A model generated the notes under the pieces. The model was not told the DNA's origin. It saw nothing but the letters and a program-made list of their open reading frames with translations, and made no database searches. The translations under genes were made by a program, and so were the position numbers. DNA of 59,078 bases, filler included, from Sphacelaria rigidula (lineage: Eukaryota), in assembly GCA_964200075.2 (NCBI GenBank). It is 4 parts of 4 records of this genome, joined end to end, with 100 filler letters (N's around TTAATTAATTAA, not from the genome) between each part and the next. Parts side by side here need not be neighbours in the genome. Positions count along the whole stretch, not along the records: positions 29,593 to 44,285 come from CAXNAA020002090.1; positions 44,386 to 59,078 come from CAXNAA020002091.1; 2 more parts are not named here. One strand, written 5' to 3'. Below, one piece after another: positions 36,358 to 48,352 of this stretch; within the stretch, counting starts at the first letter, position 1, and every line of letters begins with the position of its first letter.

Positions 36358-37491
36358 ATGACTCAAGCGGCGGCAGCGCCGCCGGTGTTTGGTGAGCCAC
36401 TAGACCCGCCAAGGTACGGCAAGGTGTGGACCGAGGAAACGTCATGCATTGTTTACGCCGCTTATCTCGACTATGAAGAGCGTTTGAACCTTACAAATGC
36501 ACAAGGAGTGGCAAGGTATGCAAAGGTGAGCATTGGGCAACTCATCCCTACATACACTCATCGGTGCTTTGGAGGCATGTACAAGGGGCATCGTGCTATG
36601 ACCCCCGAGGAATGACTAGATGCTGTGAAGCAGCATGCCGGGTACACCAGAACCGGCGGCAAAAATGATACTGCGCAGGCTGCAGCAGACCTGCGTAGAG
36701 TTGTTACTATGCAGCAAAGCGGTGGAACATCTGTCAAGGATAGAGCGATGATGGTTAACTCATCGATGGAAACGTTTTTCGCTGGAAATCTCACGGTGCA
36801 AGCACTGTACCGTGCGGAGGACAGGAGCTGGTTGCCAGGCCCGGCCGAGTCGGTTTCCACAGCTTTGGTGGACGGGATTTCGCCTCTGGAATTCAAGGTG
36901 TATGCCAGGAGCGTGCTCACGTATGTAGATGGCTGGAAATAGAATCTGATCGTGGTGTTAAACAAGATATTTGATGCCGCCGACCACTCGAAGTTCAGTG
37001 AGGCACATGACCGGCGCGACTCTGCGGCAAGTGTAGGTAGCGCGCGCCTAAAACAACAACAGCAACAGGAACAGCAGCCGTCATCGCGAGTGTCGTCTAC
37101 TCGCGCATGTTACAACTGCGGCGACAACGGACACCTGATGAAGGATTACCCCAAGCCTCGCGCTCAAGGCGTTGCTCAAGGAAATGCGCGAGATTCATCA
37201 GGATCTTACGGCGGTCGCCACGGTGGACGGGGCCGTGTCAACCATGGACGCCGGCGCGGCGGCCGCCGTAGCAAGCAATCTGCAGTGGATGGTGGTTCCT
37301 CCGCTGCTGTTTCTTCGACTACGTCATCAGGTGGTGACTCTGGATCTTATGGTTCGTCCGTGTCGGGGCGGACAGTGTACGTGGGAGGTATGCAAATACT
37401 TCGGTGGGGAGTGCTGGAGCGGATACTTCGCAACCCCTCGATCAGGCAGGATCCGTGTCTGGTGCATCTCCTTCTGCTGCGACGGCTGTAA
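36358..37491 (+). pseudogene. gag: Disrupted gag
   Basis: In-frame ORF pieces separated by stops at 36613-36615 and 36940-36942; degenerate zinc knuckle CYNCGDNGHLMKDY. Confidence 0.8.
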
Positions 37492-37583
37492 CAGAGCCGT
37501 CTGCACATTCGGCGATGTGGTCTGGGTGGTCCATCGATTCTCAATTTTTGATGCCAAGTGCTGGAGCGCAGCCCTAGCGTCAA

Positions 37584-40500
37584 GTGAATCTTGGTACCGA
37601 CCAGGGTTCTTCGGCAGGTGTGGTGCCTGTCGATCGTAACGCAGAGTGTTTACGAGCGAATCTTTCCTTGCCTGGTTCCGTTGGTTCGTTCATGGCCCGC
37701 GTTATTCTAGATTCCGGGTCCGCGCTCACGTCGATCGGTGTGGGGTTGCTGGAAAAAATGTCTTCGCAGTTTGGTAATGCTCAGCTGCAGCTTCCGTTCG
37801 AAAATGGACCGCAAACGGCGCAGACCGCCACGGGTACTCCCGTGACGGTTACTCATAAAACGGTGCCGATTGCTGTTAGCGTACGTATGCCTTGGGGGGC
37901 TGTGGAGTTGCAGCCCATCACTTTCGCTGTCATGACCGGCAGGGGTACCGCGGTTCTGTTTGGGATAGCGCCGATGAAGGAGCTTGGGATCGATTTGTAT
38001 CCGCTGGCGTTGGATAAGTTACGCCCGCGTGTTGTGCCGGTGCAAAACGGCGTGGACAATCCCAGCCATCTTGCTGCGAGGCGTGTCACCTTATCTATAC
38101 GGGCATTCCAGAGAGCTAATGAGGAGGAGGCTCCTGCGGATGCAGCGGTGGAGCGCTTGGTCGATCGGGGGCCCGAAGTGTTCTTGGACCCTGAGAAGGA
38201 GAGAGATGCCAGCGAACGTGCGCTAGAGGATAGCGTGCAGCAGCCCGAGCAGGAGGGCCTGAGTGCCGATGGCTCATATAGTCTGCGTGATAATTTGGCT
38301 CGTCGCGTGGATAGCTTCCGTCGTGCGCTGCGTGGTGATCCGCCAGCGCGCGTGCAGCGAGTTAGGGTGCAGCTCAAGCCACAGGCGAAGGCTGTAAAGA
38401 CCGAGCCTCGCCGTTACGATCCGGTGAAGACCGGGTGGCTTGCTTCATGCATCGCAGCTTTGGTGGCGTTTGGTTTGTTGGTTAGGAACATTCAGGCTGT
38501 GTGGGCGAGTCCGGCGATGGCTTTGCCGAAGCGGGACACATCTCGTTTGGTCAGCGACCACCAGGCGGTGAACGCGCAGATGGAACAGTCTCCGGGGGTG
38601 ATGCCAAGCCAACAAGACATGCGGAAGTTTCTGGGAGCCCAATACGTCGGCAAGTTGGACCTGCTCGAGGGGTGTTGACAGGTGCCTCTGGCGCTGGAGG
38701 CTCAGGAGACTTTCACAATCGTCACGCCTGACGGTTTGTTTACGCCTACTCGTGTCCCGCAGGGCGTGTTGAACGCCACAGCGTATTTCCAAGGTGTGCT
38801 GACTGACATTCTGCGAGGTCTATACTGTAAAATGTGGGTGGATGGTGTTCTCTATATTGCTGAAATCGGAGGAGCATTGCTAGTTTTGCTCGACAAAATT
38901 CTTGATCGCCTGGAGAGTGTTGGTCGCTTCGTCGCTGCGCACAAGTGTACCTTTTTTGCCCCCGAAGTGGTTCGGTGTGATAAGGTGTACTCCAAGGGTA
39001 CTGTTTCGCATGATCCCATCCGCATCCAAGGTTTGAGCAATATGTAACGTCCTCAAACCGCTAGTGAGCTGATGCAGTCTCTGCAGGCGGTTCATCGGTC
39101 GCGGGCTTCGCTCCCGCGCATGGCGGAAGTAGTAGCCCCGCTTCGTGTGTTTTTGGAACAACTTATGGTCGGGGCTTCGCGTCGGACCAAGCGGGTGGCG
39201 CGTAATCGTATCATCCCGGAGGACGCTCGGACGGAGGATCGTGTGCGGGCATGGCGTGCTGCGCAAGATTTGGTGGCGTAAGCGTTGCCGCTTTATCATC
39301 CTCGTCCAGGGTGCGTTGTTCTGATGTTTCCAGATGCTTCGGATTTCCACGGGGGTAGTTTTTGAACGCAAGTGCCTGTCGCCGAGTTTAGTTGTGGCAT
39401 TGCGCTCGAAAACACGTCACATGAACCGTTGGCTTTTCTGAGTGGTAGCTTCAAGGGTTCACAGTTGCGGTGGGCGACAGTGGACAAGGAAGGTTTTGCG
39501 ATAGTCAATACATTTCGAAGGCTAGAGCACTTGCTTTGGGGTGGTGTTCGCATTTCCGCCAATCATCTCAATCTGAAATACATTTTGAACCCCGAAGAGC
39601 GTGTCACATCGATTACGAACGCCATGGCGCACCGGCTTGAAAATTGGAAAGGAGTGCTCGGCCAATATCGGTATGTCATTGAACACATTCCTGAAGAGCG
39701 CAGTTGTTGGGGAGATTTGTTGTCTCGCTGGGTTAAGGTACCTACCGTGCCTCTGCGTTTTGCTGTCGTGTACTGCCGATGATTCGCTGCCCTCGTCAGA
39801 TATCATTCGTACCGCGCAGCGCAAAACAGTCGGCGAAGGTGTTCATTCTTTTCCTACGACTTTCAGTCAAGCTGCCTTGGCTGACGATGGTTTGTTTCGC
39901 GTGCGTGTTGGCAGTAGTAATGTTTTGTGGATACCATCGGATGATAAGGCTCTACAAACTCGCTTGATGGTGTGCGCTGATATGCGGTGAGCTGGTCACC
40001 GCGGTGTGGCGCCGACTCTGTTCCGTTTGGAACAACGCTGTATGTGGCCTCACATGGATTCCCACGTTCGCGAGTTCGTTCGCCGGTGTTTGCATTGTGT
40101 AGACACTCGTGCTGGTGCGATTTTACCTCGCCCGTATGGCGATACTGTGCATGGTGCAGCGCCAGGTGAAGTTGTTCACTTTGATTTTCTGTACGTCGGA
40201 AGTAGCGGAACTGAAGGTGCTAATGGTTTTCCTGATAAGGATGGTCTTCGGTACGTTTTGGTCATCATGGATGATTTGTCCAACTCCGTTTGGTTGGAGC
40301 CGACCGAGGCTTGCACCGCTGAGATTACGGCTGAGCACTCGATGCATTGATGCAAGATTTTGGGGGTGCCGCGTGTATGGGTTAGTGATACCGCCACGTA
40401 CTTCAAGAATCGAGTGATCAAGGAGCTGAGCGGCGCGCTCAAGGTGCAACACCAATTTGCTGTTGCATATACCCCTTGGTCGAATGGTGCTTGTGAACGT

Positions 40501-41309
40501 ATGGTGAAAGAGGTTGTTCGTGCGTTGCGATCCATTTTGTCAGAACAAAGACGGCCGGTGTCTGAATGGGTTGATGTTTCGCCAGCCGCCCAGTGGGCGT
40601 TGAGTACTTCTTTTCGTGAACGCCACCGTAACACTTCGTATTGTGTGATGTTTGGGCGTGCGCCGCGCACAGCGTTTTCCACGCTGGCTTCTGTCACTGG
40701 CGGCGAGTGGAATGTCGATGTCATGGATGCTGATACGTTGCGTGACAAGGTTCGAGGCGTCGTTGACGAGCAAGTGCGGTTTTGTAACGAAGTGCAAGCT
40801 GCTGTCGCGGTGTCTCGCGAACCAAACGCAAGCTTGCTCAGGGCCAGGCTGTGTTGCCCAAGTTTGCAGTTGGGGATTTCGTCTTGTATGCCCGTGTTCG
40901 TAGCCAAGGTATGACGCTCAAGCTGATGTCCACATGGACAGGTCCGTGGTGAGTGGTCGGAGCCGATCACGCTCACGTGTATTCGGTGCAGACCAATTTC
41001 TCTGGCGCCGTACACTCGGCCCATGTCGCTCGTTTACGTTTCTATGCTGAGTTGCAGTTTCACATCACTGCGGAACTAAAAAATGTATTTCAGCATTCAT
41101 ATGCTCAAGGTGAATGTCGTATGAATGCTTTGGTGCACGTCGCTGAGGATGACAATGGTGATACCATTGTTTTAGTCGATTGGGATGGACTCGGTGCTGA
41201 AGAACGTACGTGGGAATCTCTTCGCCAGATTCATTCTTCTGCGCCTGAATTTGTTTTGAAGGAACTGCGTAAACTACGGTTGACTCGGTCGGGCGCTGAA
41301 GTAACTTAG
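37584..41309 (+). pseudogene. pol: Disrupted pol: protease, RT, RNase H, integrase, chromodomain
   Basis: ILDSGS (PR); LDLLEGC*QVPL, PQGVLNATAYFQ, WVDG (RT); FPDASD, DKEGFAI (RH); GHRG..CLHC, VHFDF, WVSD, NGACER, WTGPW (INT); LVDWDGLGAEERTWE (chromodomain). Confidence 0.92.
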
Positions 41310-41413
41310 CGTCGGATTATGGTATTTATTTGTGATTTAGCGCACGCGATTTCGCCTTGGGTTTTGTCGGTTGCCAAGCTCGTTCGTTTGTCTTGAAGTC
41401 GCTTTGAGGGTGC

Positions 41414-41652
41414 TGTAGCCAAATGATACCGAGCCGTAAGGTTTCCGTATAATCGTATGCATCATTGGAGCAGCTGCAGGGAAGAGGGGGTCCTGGATTG
41501 ATGACCCTTTGCTGTCTGGCTCGTAGTCTGTTGAGGATCACTCCGTGATAATAACACGTTCGAAGAAAGCACTTGTCGAGCATGAGGCCGGTGATACTGG
41601 AGGAGTCTCTCGCTGGAAGTCCTCTTGTCCAGATTGTCTGGCGGAGGTTATG
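41414..41652 (+). repeat. 3' LTR (239 bp), terminal CA decayed
   Basis: TGTAGCC...GGTTATG aligns end to end with the 5' LTR; preceded by a short purine run GAGGG. Confidence 0.92.
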
Positions 41653-43184
41653 GACGATAGGTTGGATTATGTCATCCCGATGATTGCCCGGAAATGGGGC
41701 ATTCGGGACGTTGGGGAGTGTGTTCTTCTGGAGTGACGTGTTGGCAACGTGACGTATGGCATGATGGCAGGTGCCCAGGCATATGCCTCTTTCCTGGTCT
41801 TGCCGAGGCCATTTTTCTTCGGGGAGGTTCGTGTATACAAGACATATATATGATTTGGTCTACTTCGGCCTAGTTAGGCCATCTACATTCCCCAACAACG
41901 CGGATTCATGAACGACGCCTCTGACTACCCTCCACCATCCGACTCTCCGGGACATTCGCTTGCGGTAGATGTAGAGGATTCCTGAGACACTAACGGGATG
42001 CCACGCATGGAAGTCTGCTTTGACGTCGGCTGGGGCAGTCCGAGTGTGAGGAACGGCACCAAAATCGATCCCGAGCTGAGAGCGACACGAGTCCCTTGTT
42101 GTTGCAGCATACAGGCTGATTCCCCGTTATCACCCTGAAGATATTTATATGCCAAATTGTACGTCGTTTTTAGGATTTAGACTCTGGCTTCTTGCACCAA
42201 AATGCTATGAGTCAACAAAAAACTTTCGATGGACGGTTTATTTCTCGATTTTTCTCACCGGTTTTTTTGGGGTCCCAGGGTTCTCGGAGACCTCCTTCTC
42301 TCGGGGACCTTGAACCCAGTGGAATCCCCCCAAAACGGTGAAAAATCAAGAAATTAAAAATGAATCGTATATCGGAAGTTTTTTCAATAGCCCGTAGTAC
42401 GTGTGAGCAAAGTTTCATGGTCTAAGTCTAATGGCGTGAAGTTGTGAAATGAAGTGAGCTCGAAACTTGCAAAGTTACTTGGTTTTTAGAATGAAAAGGT
42501 CTTTTTTGAGCATGCATGATGATAAAAACCGTAAGAGGTTTTCGAGTTTCGCAACCACACTTTGTGCATTTATTATAGTCCTGGACTACCCGAGACGCAT
42601 CTTCGTAGGATTTTTATTCATGAGGCCTTCTGTACCGCCTTCCGGGGGTTTTCATCGTGGTACCCCCGAAAGGCGGTCAAGTGCGGAGAAACTGTGAAAT
42701 ATTGCCAGTAATACGATTCCCCATTTGCAGCACCAATGCCTACAGAATGACCGAATTTGAGGATGACCGAAGCTTCTACGACAAATATAAGGGAAACCTC
42801 CCTTGGTCTGTCATGCGGACCATCAGTGGAAGTCCGACGGCGCCAAAAACCGACATCGCCGAAATACCACGGTTTGGGGTATGACGAGATCCCATAGCAA
42901 CTAGAGCTCTATTTTCGAGTATGTTTTTTATGTCAGATTCCCGAGCTGATGGCGATCACTACGAGTCACGGTGGGTTGAGATTGGGGAGAAATTGACTTG
43001 AAAATTCGTGTCTACGATTTCCGAACAAGTTGAAGGGCGCTTATTGGTCGAGGTGCCTTTTCGCCCTCAGCGCCACCGCTGTGGTCTTGAACGAGAAATC
43101 AGGTAAGTCACCCTTTCCGCCTGTTCATTGCGGCCAGTATGATACGATGTGTGCGACAATTGCGTGCATATTGGCATTTAACGC

Positions 43185-43925
43185 GGGATTTTACAAATTG
43201 GGGATGGATCTTTTGCGGGGGATGAAAACCCAGAGGGTAAAAATCTTCGTATTCACACCAAATCTTCGAAGTATGCTTCCATTTCTTCACTTGCTGGTAG
43301 CTATTGACAACTACTACACGTCATACAAATTTGGATTTCGATAACCGAAATGTCGAGGTCCTAGGTGAAAAATCAATTTTGAGGGGTAATAAATAGTTGT
43401 GGGCATTTGAAATTTCAGCAAAAACAAGATGATGCCATAAGTCCGGGAAAAAAAGGAGAATCTGCAACTGGACACGTGAAAACACGGGATCTTACAAATT
43501 GGGGATTAATCTTTTATTGGGGATGAGAAGCCCGGAGAATTAAAATCTTCGTATCCAGACCAAATTATCGAAATATGGTTCCATTTTTTCACCCACTGAT
43601 AGATACTGACAACCGTTACACGCCATAGAAATCTGGATTTCGATCACCGTAATGTTGTGCTCCTAGGTTAAAAAACCAACTGCGGAATCATTTTGGCGTC
43701 CGTTCGGACACCCAAAATTCCCCAACATTGGTTTTTCACCTAGGACCCCAACATTTCGGTTATCGAGATCCAAATTTGTATAAAGTGTAGGAGTTGTCAA
43801 GAGCTGTCAGTAGGTGAAGAAATGGAACCGTATTTCGAAGATTTGGTGTGGATACGAAGATTTTAATCCTCCGGGTTTCTCATCCCCAATTAAGGATCCA
43901 TCCCTAATTTGTAAGATCCCGTGTT
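43185..43925. repeat. Three ~195-bp copies: 43185-43380 and 43485-43680 direct, 43730-43925 inverted
   Basis: Shared GGGAT.TTACAAATTGGGGAT..TAAAATCTTCGTAT..CCTAGGT.AAAA. Confidence 0.8.
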
Positions 43926-45665
43926 TGAAGTATCAGTTCCTTGGGTGCAGAAGGTCTTCCTGGAATTTCAGCTCAAGACTCGTCGAATTGAGCCGTGCAT
44001 TCAACATTTTTCGTGACGCTGCTGCACCCCTATGAATCAAGCGATGGGAAACTCCAATTATGGAGGTCATGAGTTCGAATCCCAACAGATTCTCTTTTGT
44101 TTCGTCCGTCGTCGAGGTTACACATTAAGCAGTACGTTTCTTTCTTTCTTTTTTTTTCATTCAGCGGCGGTGCTGCGTGTCACCAGGTTGGTCTACAATT
44201 CACAGTGATATGCTTACATCGGGTTCATTCGGGAAACTAGGAAAGCTGTGGTGTGAGCAAGTTTGAGCAACTTTTAAGCTGACCCNNNNNNNNNNNNNNN
44301 NNNNNNNNNNNNNNNNNNNNNNNNNNNNNTTAATTAATTAANNNNNNNNNNNNNNNNNNNNNNNNNNNNNNNNNNNNNNNNNNNNGGAGGAAGGAAGGGG
44401 CGCAGGGGCGGGCCAATATTGACTAGGGTAGTCTCGGTTTAGCCCGATAGTTTCCCAACTGCGAGAACGTGCTTTTTTTTTGTCTCGCAGTTTTGTTCGT
44501 GTTAGTTTTAACGTCTTTTCTACATCCCAAATAATCCATAATTCTTGAGCCAAAAGCAAACTGCACGGTCTGCAGGCGCCTGTGTGATGACTTTCACAGT
44601 TATGTGCCTCATGTGCACCCCCGGTCCCTCCCGCCGTAGAGTAGGCGTTTCGGTTTGTGAGAAAAAAATGATTCTGAACCCAAAAAGTGGGTAGTCTTAC
44701 TTGGTCTTCCAGCGCGGGGTTGCTGTCTCTGGAATAACCATGGATTTCGGCTGCTCTTCCAAGTTCTGCTGGTGGTTCATGCGTATGGTCATTGCGCACG
44801 ACTTTTCTGTTAGTTTGTCGATAAACAGCTGTAGGGTGTGGCATATTTTGGTGAAGGGGTAGATGTGCTGCAGGTGGCGCGTGTGGTTCTGGTTGAGATG
44901 CGTTGTGATTTTGGGCCGCAGGTTTTGCGGAAATTCCCCCCCGCCGCCAACAGTCAATTGAACAGGACCAACACCACGAAAACCCCTGCAATCCGCGGCT
45001 GTTTGCTACCGAGACTTCGGCACACACGAAAAAACCCAACTCGCCATTTTAACCTTTATTAAAAAGTGTCGTAGGAGAGAAAATGTGTCAAGCGCCGGAA
45101 GGCCAAACAAGCGGCTATCTACTGCCATCCTTCACGAATCGACGGATCGTCACATCAGCCAGTTGCCCGTGGGCACTACTCGTATAGTAGCCAAGAGCGT
45201 TGATCCTCAACGGGCGGGGTGGGGTTGTCTTGGCTTTGGAATCATTTTTCAAGTAAAGATGATGTCGTTTCCGACAGAGGACGCACCCCAGCGAATACAT
45301 GATTATTTCGCCGCATTGTATCGTAGAGGACGTGCTATACTCCTCCGTCAGGGCTAAACCCGCCTCCCCTATCGAGAGGTGCTCCGTTTTGCCTGCCAGC
45401 TAGGGAAGTTCCACCGATTCAAAATTGTTGACCCGCCATTGACACCAGCGGTAAACGCTCAGACTTGATGTTGAGACCAGCCGTCTCCGCGCGTACACCA
45501 TTTCTTCCTCGTGCACTCCATAACATGTTTACTCTCTGTCTTCATTTTTGCCTGCTTGTGGAATAATCTACTGGGCTATAGCCACGACTGGCACCCCCCG
45601 CCCCCATCACTCCCTTATTCACATGATTTCGTTCATGGTCCGGAAGTGCCAGGTCATTGACGTAC

Positions 45666-46351
45666 CTGAGTGTCCTCAAAGCACCCCGCCAATCTCCCCG
45701 CTGCCCCTGCACCTCGATCTCCCGACGCAAAGCCTTCTGCCGCTCCAACAGAGAAATCGCCGGTCTACTTGCCCCTCCATCCCCATCCCTCCAATTTTCG
45801 CCGCTCGAGTGTCTACTCACAACCTTACCAGGCCTTGGCCTTGTTGTATGCCTCGGCACCCGCGGTGTCTCCCCTACTCTGTCGGCAGCGGCCGGGGTGC
45901 TGCCCTGCTGCCCATCAGTTCCGGAGGCTACTTCTCGTGGTTTCATGTTGTCGTCAGGACCGAGAACAATCGCTCCTCGAGGACGCCGATGGGAGACTGT
46001 CACGGCAGGAAAAGCGGTGCTCGTAATACAGCGGTTGCGAGAATCTACAGAAGTTGTTGCGTGGACTGCCCTGTAGCCCGGCCGGGGGGTGGTGTCTTGC
46101 ATAGCTGTCATCGTGTGCCTTCCAGGCTGCACAAGTAGCGTAAGAGCGTGTGCTGAAGTGTTGTTATTACAGCAACAGCAACAATATGAGCAGATGATGC
46201 CCAGACGACTACGACATGTTGTCATTGACTTGGTCGTGATGTGTTGCCCACCTCTAACTGAGCTCGCGGAGGTGCGAAGATCCTCTCGTCTCCGCCGTTT
46301 CTTATTGTTGGCACTCCGAACAGGAGCCGGTCCTCGAGATTTATGGGTCAT
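45666..46351 (-). CDS. First exon of a putative PPR (pentatricopeptide-repeat)-like protein
   Basis: Long low-complexity N-terminus, then IEVQGQRGDWRGALRTLR (PPR-like G.W..AL..L), ending AG|GTACGT. Only a partial repeat is seen; start ATG uncertain; later exons not found. Confidence 0.5.
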
Positions 46352-47005
46352 CGCTCTGTCACGCAGTACACGGCCAGGAGCTTAGATATCGTGCTAGTCC
46401 ACGTCTATCGGACGTCCGACGTATGACAACGATATTCCTATACAATAAAACAAAGCGGGTGAAACGAAACAGGTTGAAGCTGACACACCAAGAACTGTAT
46501 GGTATGGAGCAGCCATGCACGGCACCCAAGGGCTGAGGGAGTGGTCTGTTGCACCGATAGTATATTATGACAAAGGTATCTGCGTGGTAATCCCGTTGAC
46601 ACGATACAACAGACAAAAAGGGGGTATGCCATTTTTGAAATCCAGTACCTGAGTTTTGAATCCACCCGTCACATGCAATGGACATCCGCACCCACCACGA
46701 CAAACTGGAGCACCTTGGCTGAATCAACGGGCAAGCAAAAAAGAGTGTTGGTCACTTTCTGAAGCCGTGGGCCTCATTTAGAGGCTCACTGTGATATACA
46801 GAGCAGGGGGCGAAGACGCAAAGGATACACAGCGTCTGTCGAAAGGATTGGGTTTGGACGGACGAACGAAAGCATTCATTCGAACAAATTGCGACTACTC
46901 GACTGACCGACATCCGACAGAACCGTAGTTTTTTTGGGGTCAAAATCTCCGAGCGCTAACGGGGACATCATCACGGCCTGTTCGATTCTGTTCCTGATTT
47001 GAAAC

Positions 47006-47174
47006 ATGGAGGTTGGTGCTACGGTTTGGGTGCGGGATAAGGATGGGGATGAGGCATGGGTGGTTGGCACGGTCCTCGAGAAGAAGGTCAGGGGCAAGGA
47101 ATTCGATGTGCAGATCGAGGTCAGCGAAGACTTCTCAGAGGAGCCGCTCACGTTCACCCTCAGCGAAGCCGATG
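47006..47174 (+). CDS. Myosin heavy chain exon 1 (N-terminal SH3-like: MEVGATVWVRDKDGDEAWVVGTV...)
   Basis: ATG in AAAC context; VWV.D..EAW..G.V myosin N-terminal motif; G|GTGAGT donor, phase 1. Not present in the ORF track. Confidence 0.88.
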
Positions 47175-48153
47175 GTGAGTATTGACGACCGCTGGTATGC
47201 AGTCTAAACTCGAGTAAGTAGACGCAGTCCTACTCAGGATGGAGTAATTCAAGTAGCCGCAAGGGAAAAGCTGAGAATGAAGGTCTTTTCTATTATGTGT
47301 GTTCATCTGCATCTTCCACGGCGTGTATCTTTCGCAACGCAACCCACGTCGGGTGCACAGCAAGTTAATGTTGCACAGCTTGTCTTCTCCAGAGCGTGCC
47401 CTGTCGGTTCTGCCTGGAGTGCCCCTTGTGTGCATTTTTTTTCTCGTTCTACACTACTGTACCTTTTTTTTTTTGCTGGAAGTCGCATTTTCCGGTGTCT
47501 TTCTTGGCAGAGACATTCGAGATACCACCCCCTCCCGGGCAACCCATGTTCTTACTCATCGTGCGGCACGGCCAAACCTTCATCCAGGAGCAGCACGCGT
47601 TGTGTGATCAAAGTGCCTCAGCTCTCACGCTGCATCCTGTTACGTAGAGTCTGGCTGCTGTTGTAGAAGTGATCTATAGCTTGGTGTGCAATGAACTGCC
47701 CAAAAGTTGTCCACAAGCAGGAAACCTTCGACACAACCCTCGACAATTTTGTTTCGTTGATGTCTGTGGCATTTCTCTGGCCCGAGGCATACCCCACGTG
47801 TTCACGCTCGGCCGGGATTGAAGTCTGTTGGAAGTAGTTCGGCAGGCATTTGCGTCAAAACTCAAAGTCGAATTCATGATTTTATTAGCGCAACGTGCTC
47901 TTTCAGGGACGGGCGTGTGGTGGGTTGCCTGTAGAGCGCAGTCACTACCGAACAGTACACAACAGCCCTCTGGAAGTGCACGTTGATGGAAACCACGAAG
48001 ATGTGATGAGTTAATACTATGCACCATACTCGAAGTATATAATTTTGGGGCTACCGTTGTGTTTTCCTTGATTCGACATTTCGATATTTCAACATGATCG
48101 GCGTCCGTTGATTTCAGGCGTTTTTCTCCGGTCTGCCACACGCAGGCTCGTCC

Positions 48154-48200
<47 letters not shown>

Positions 48201-48321
48201 CCGCCGCCCGCTCGCCCCCGACCACCCCCCACTCNNNNNNNNNNTTTTTTCGACTTTTTCTTTTTTACAACATGTGGCGGCCCGTTGTTTTCCGGGGTTT
48301 TTTCCCGGCCCCCCCCCCCCC

Positions 48322-48352
<31 letters not shown>

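Larger units (their letters stand above)
35913..41652 (+). mobile_element. Full-length, inactivated chromodomain-bearing Ty3/Gypsy LTR retrotransposon
   Basis: Two LTRs; TSD GACG at 35909-35912 and 41653-41656; domain order gag-PR-RT-RH-INT-chromo; many stops and frameshifts. Confidence 0.95.

Noticed and set aside
40176..41024. 282-aa antisense ORF in the integrase region
   Set aside because: No recognisable motif; expected shadow of a GC-rich coding strand.
36358..41309. RIP- or methylation-type hypermutation in the Gypsy element
   Set aside because: Several stops fit C>T or G>A, but LTR differences include many transversions and there are frameshifts, consistent with ordinary ageing.
47937..48078. 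Possible solo LTR (TGT...ACA on the minus strand)
   Set aside because: No second copy, no TSD and no recognisable PBS.
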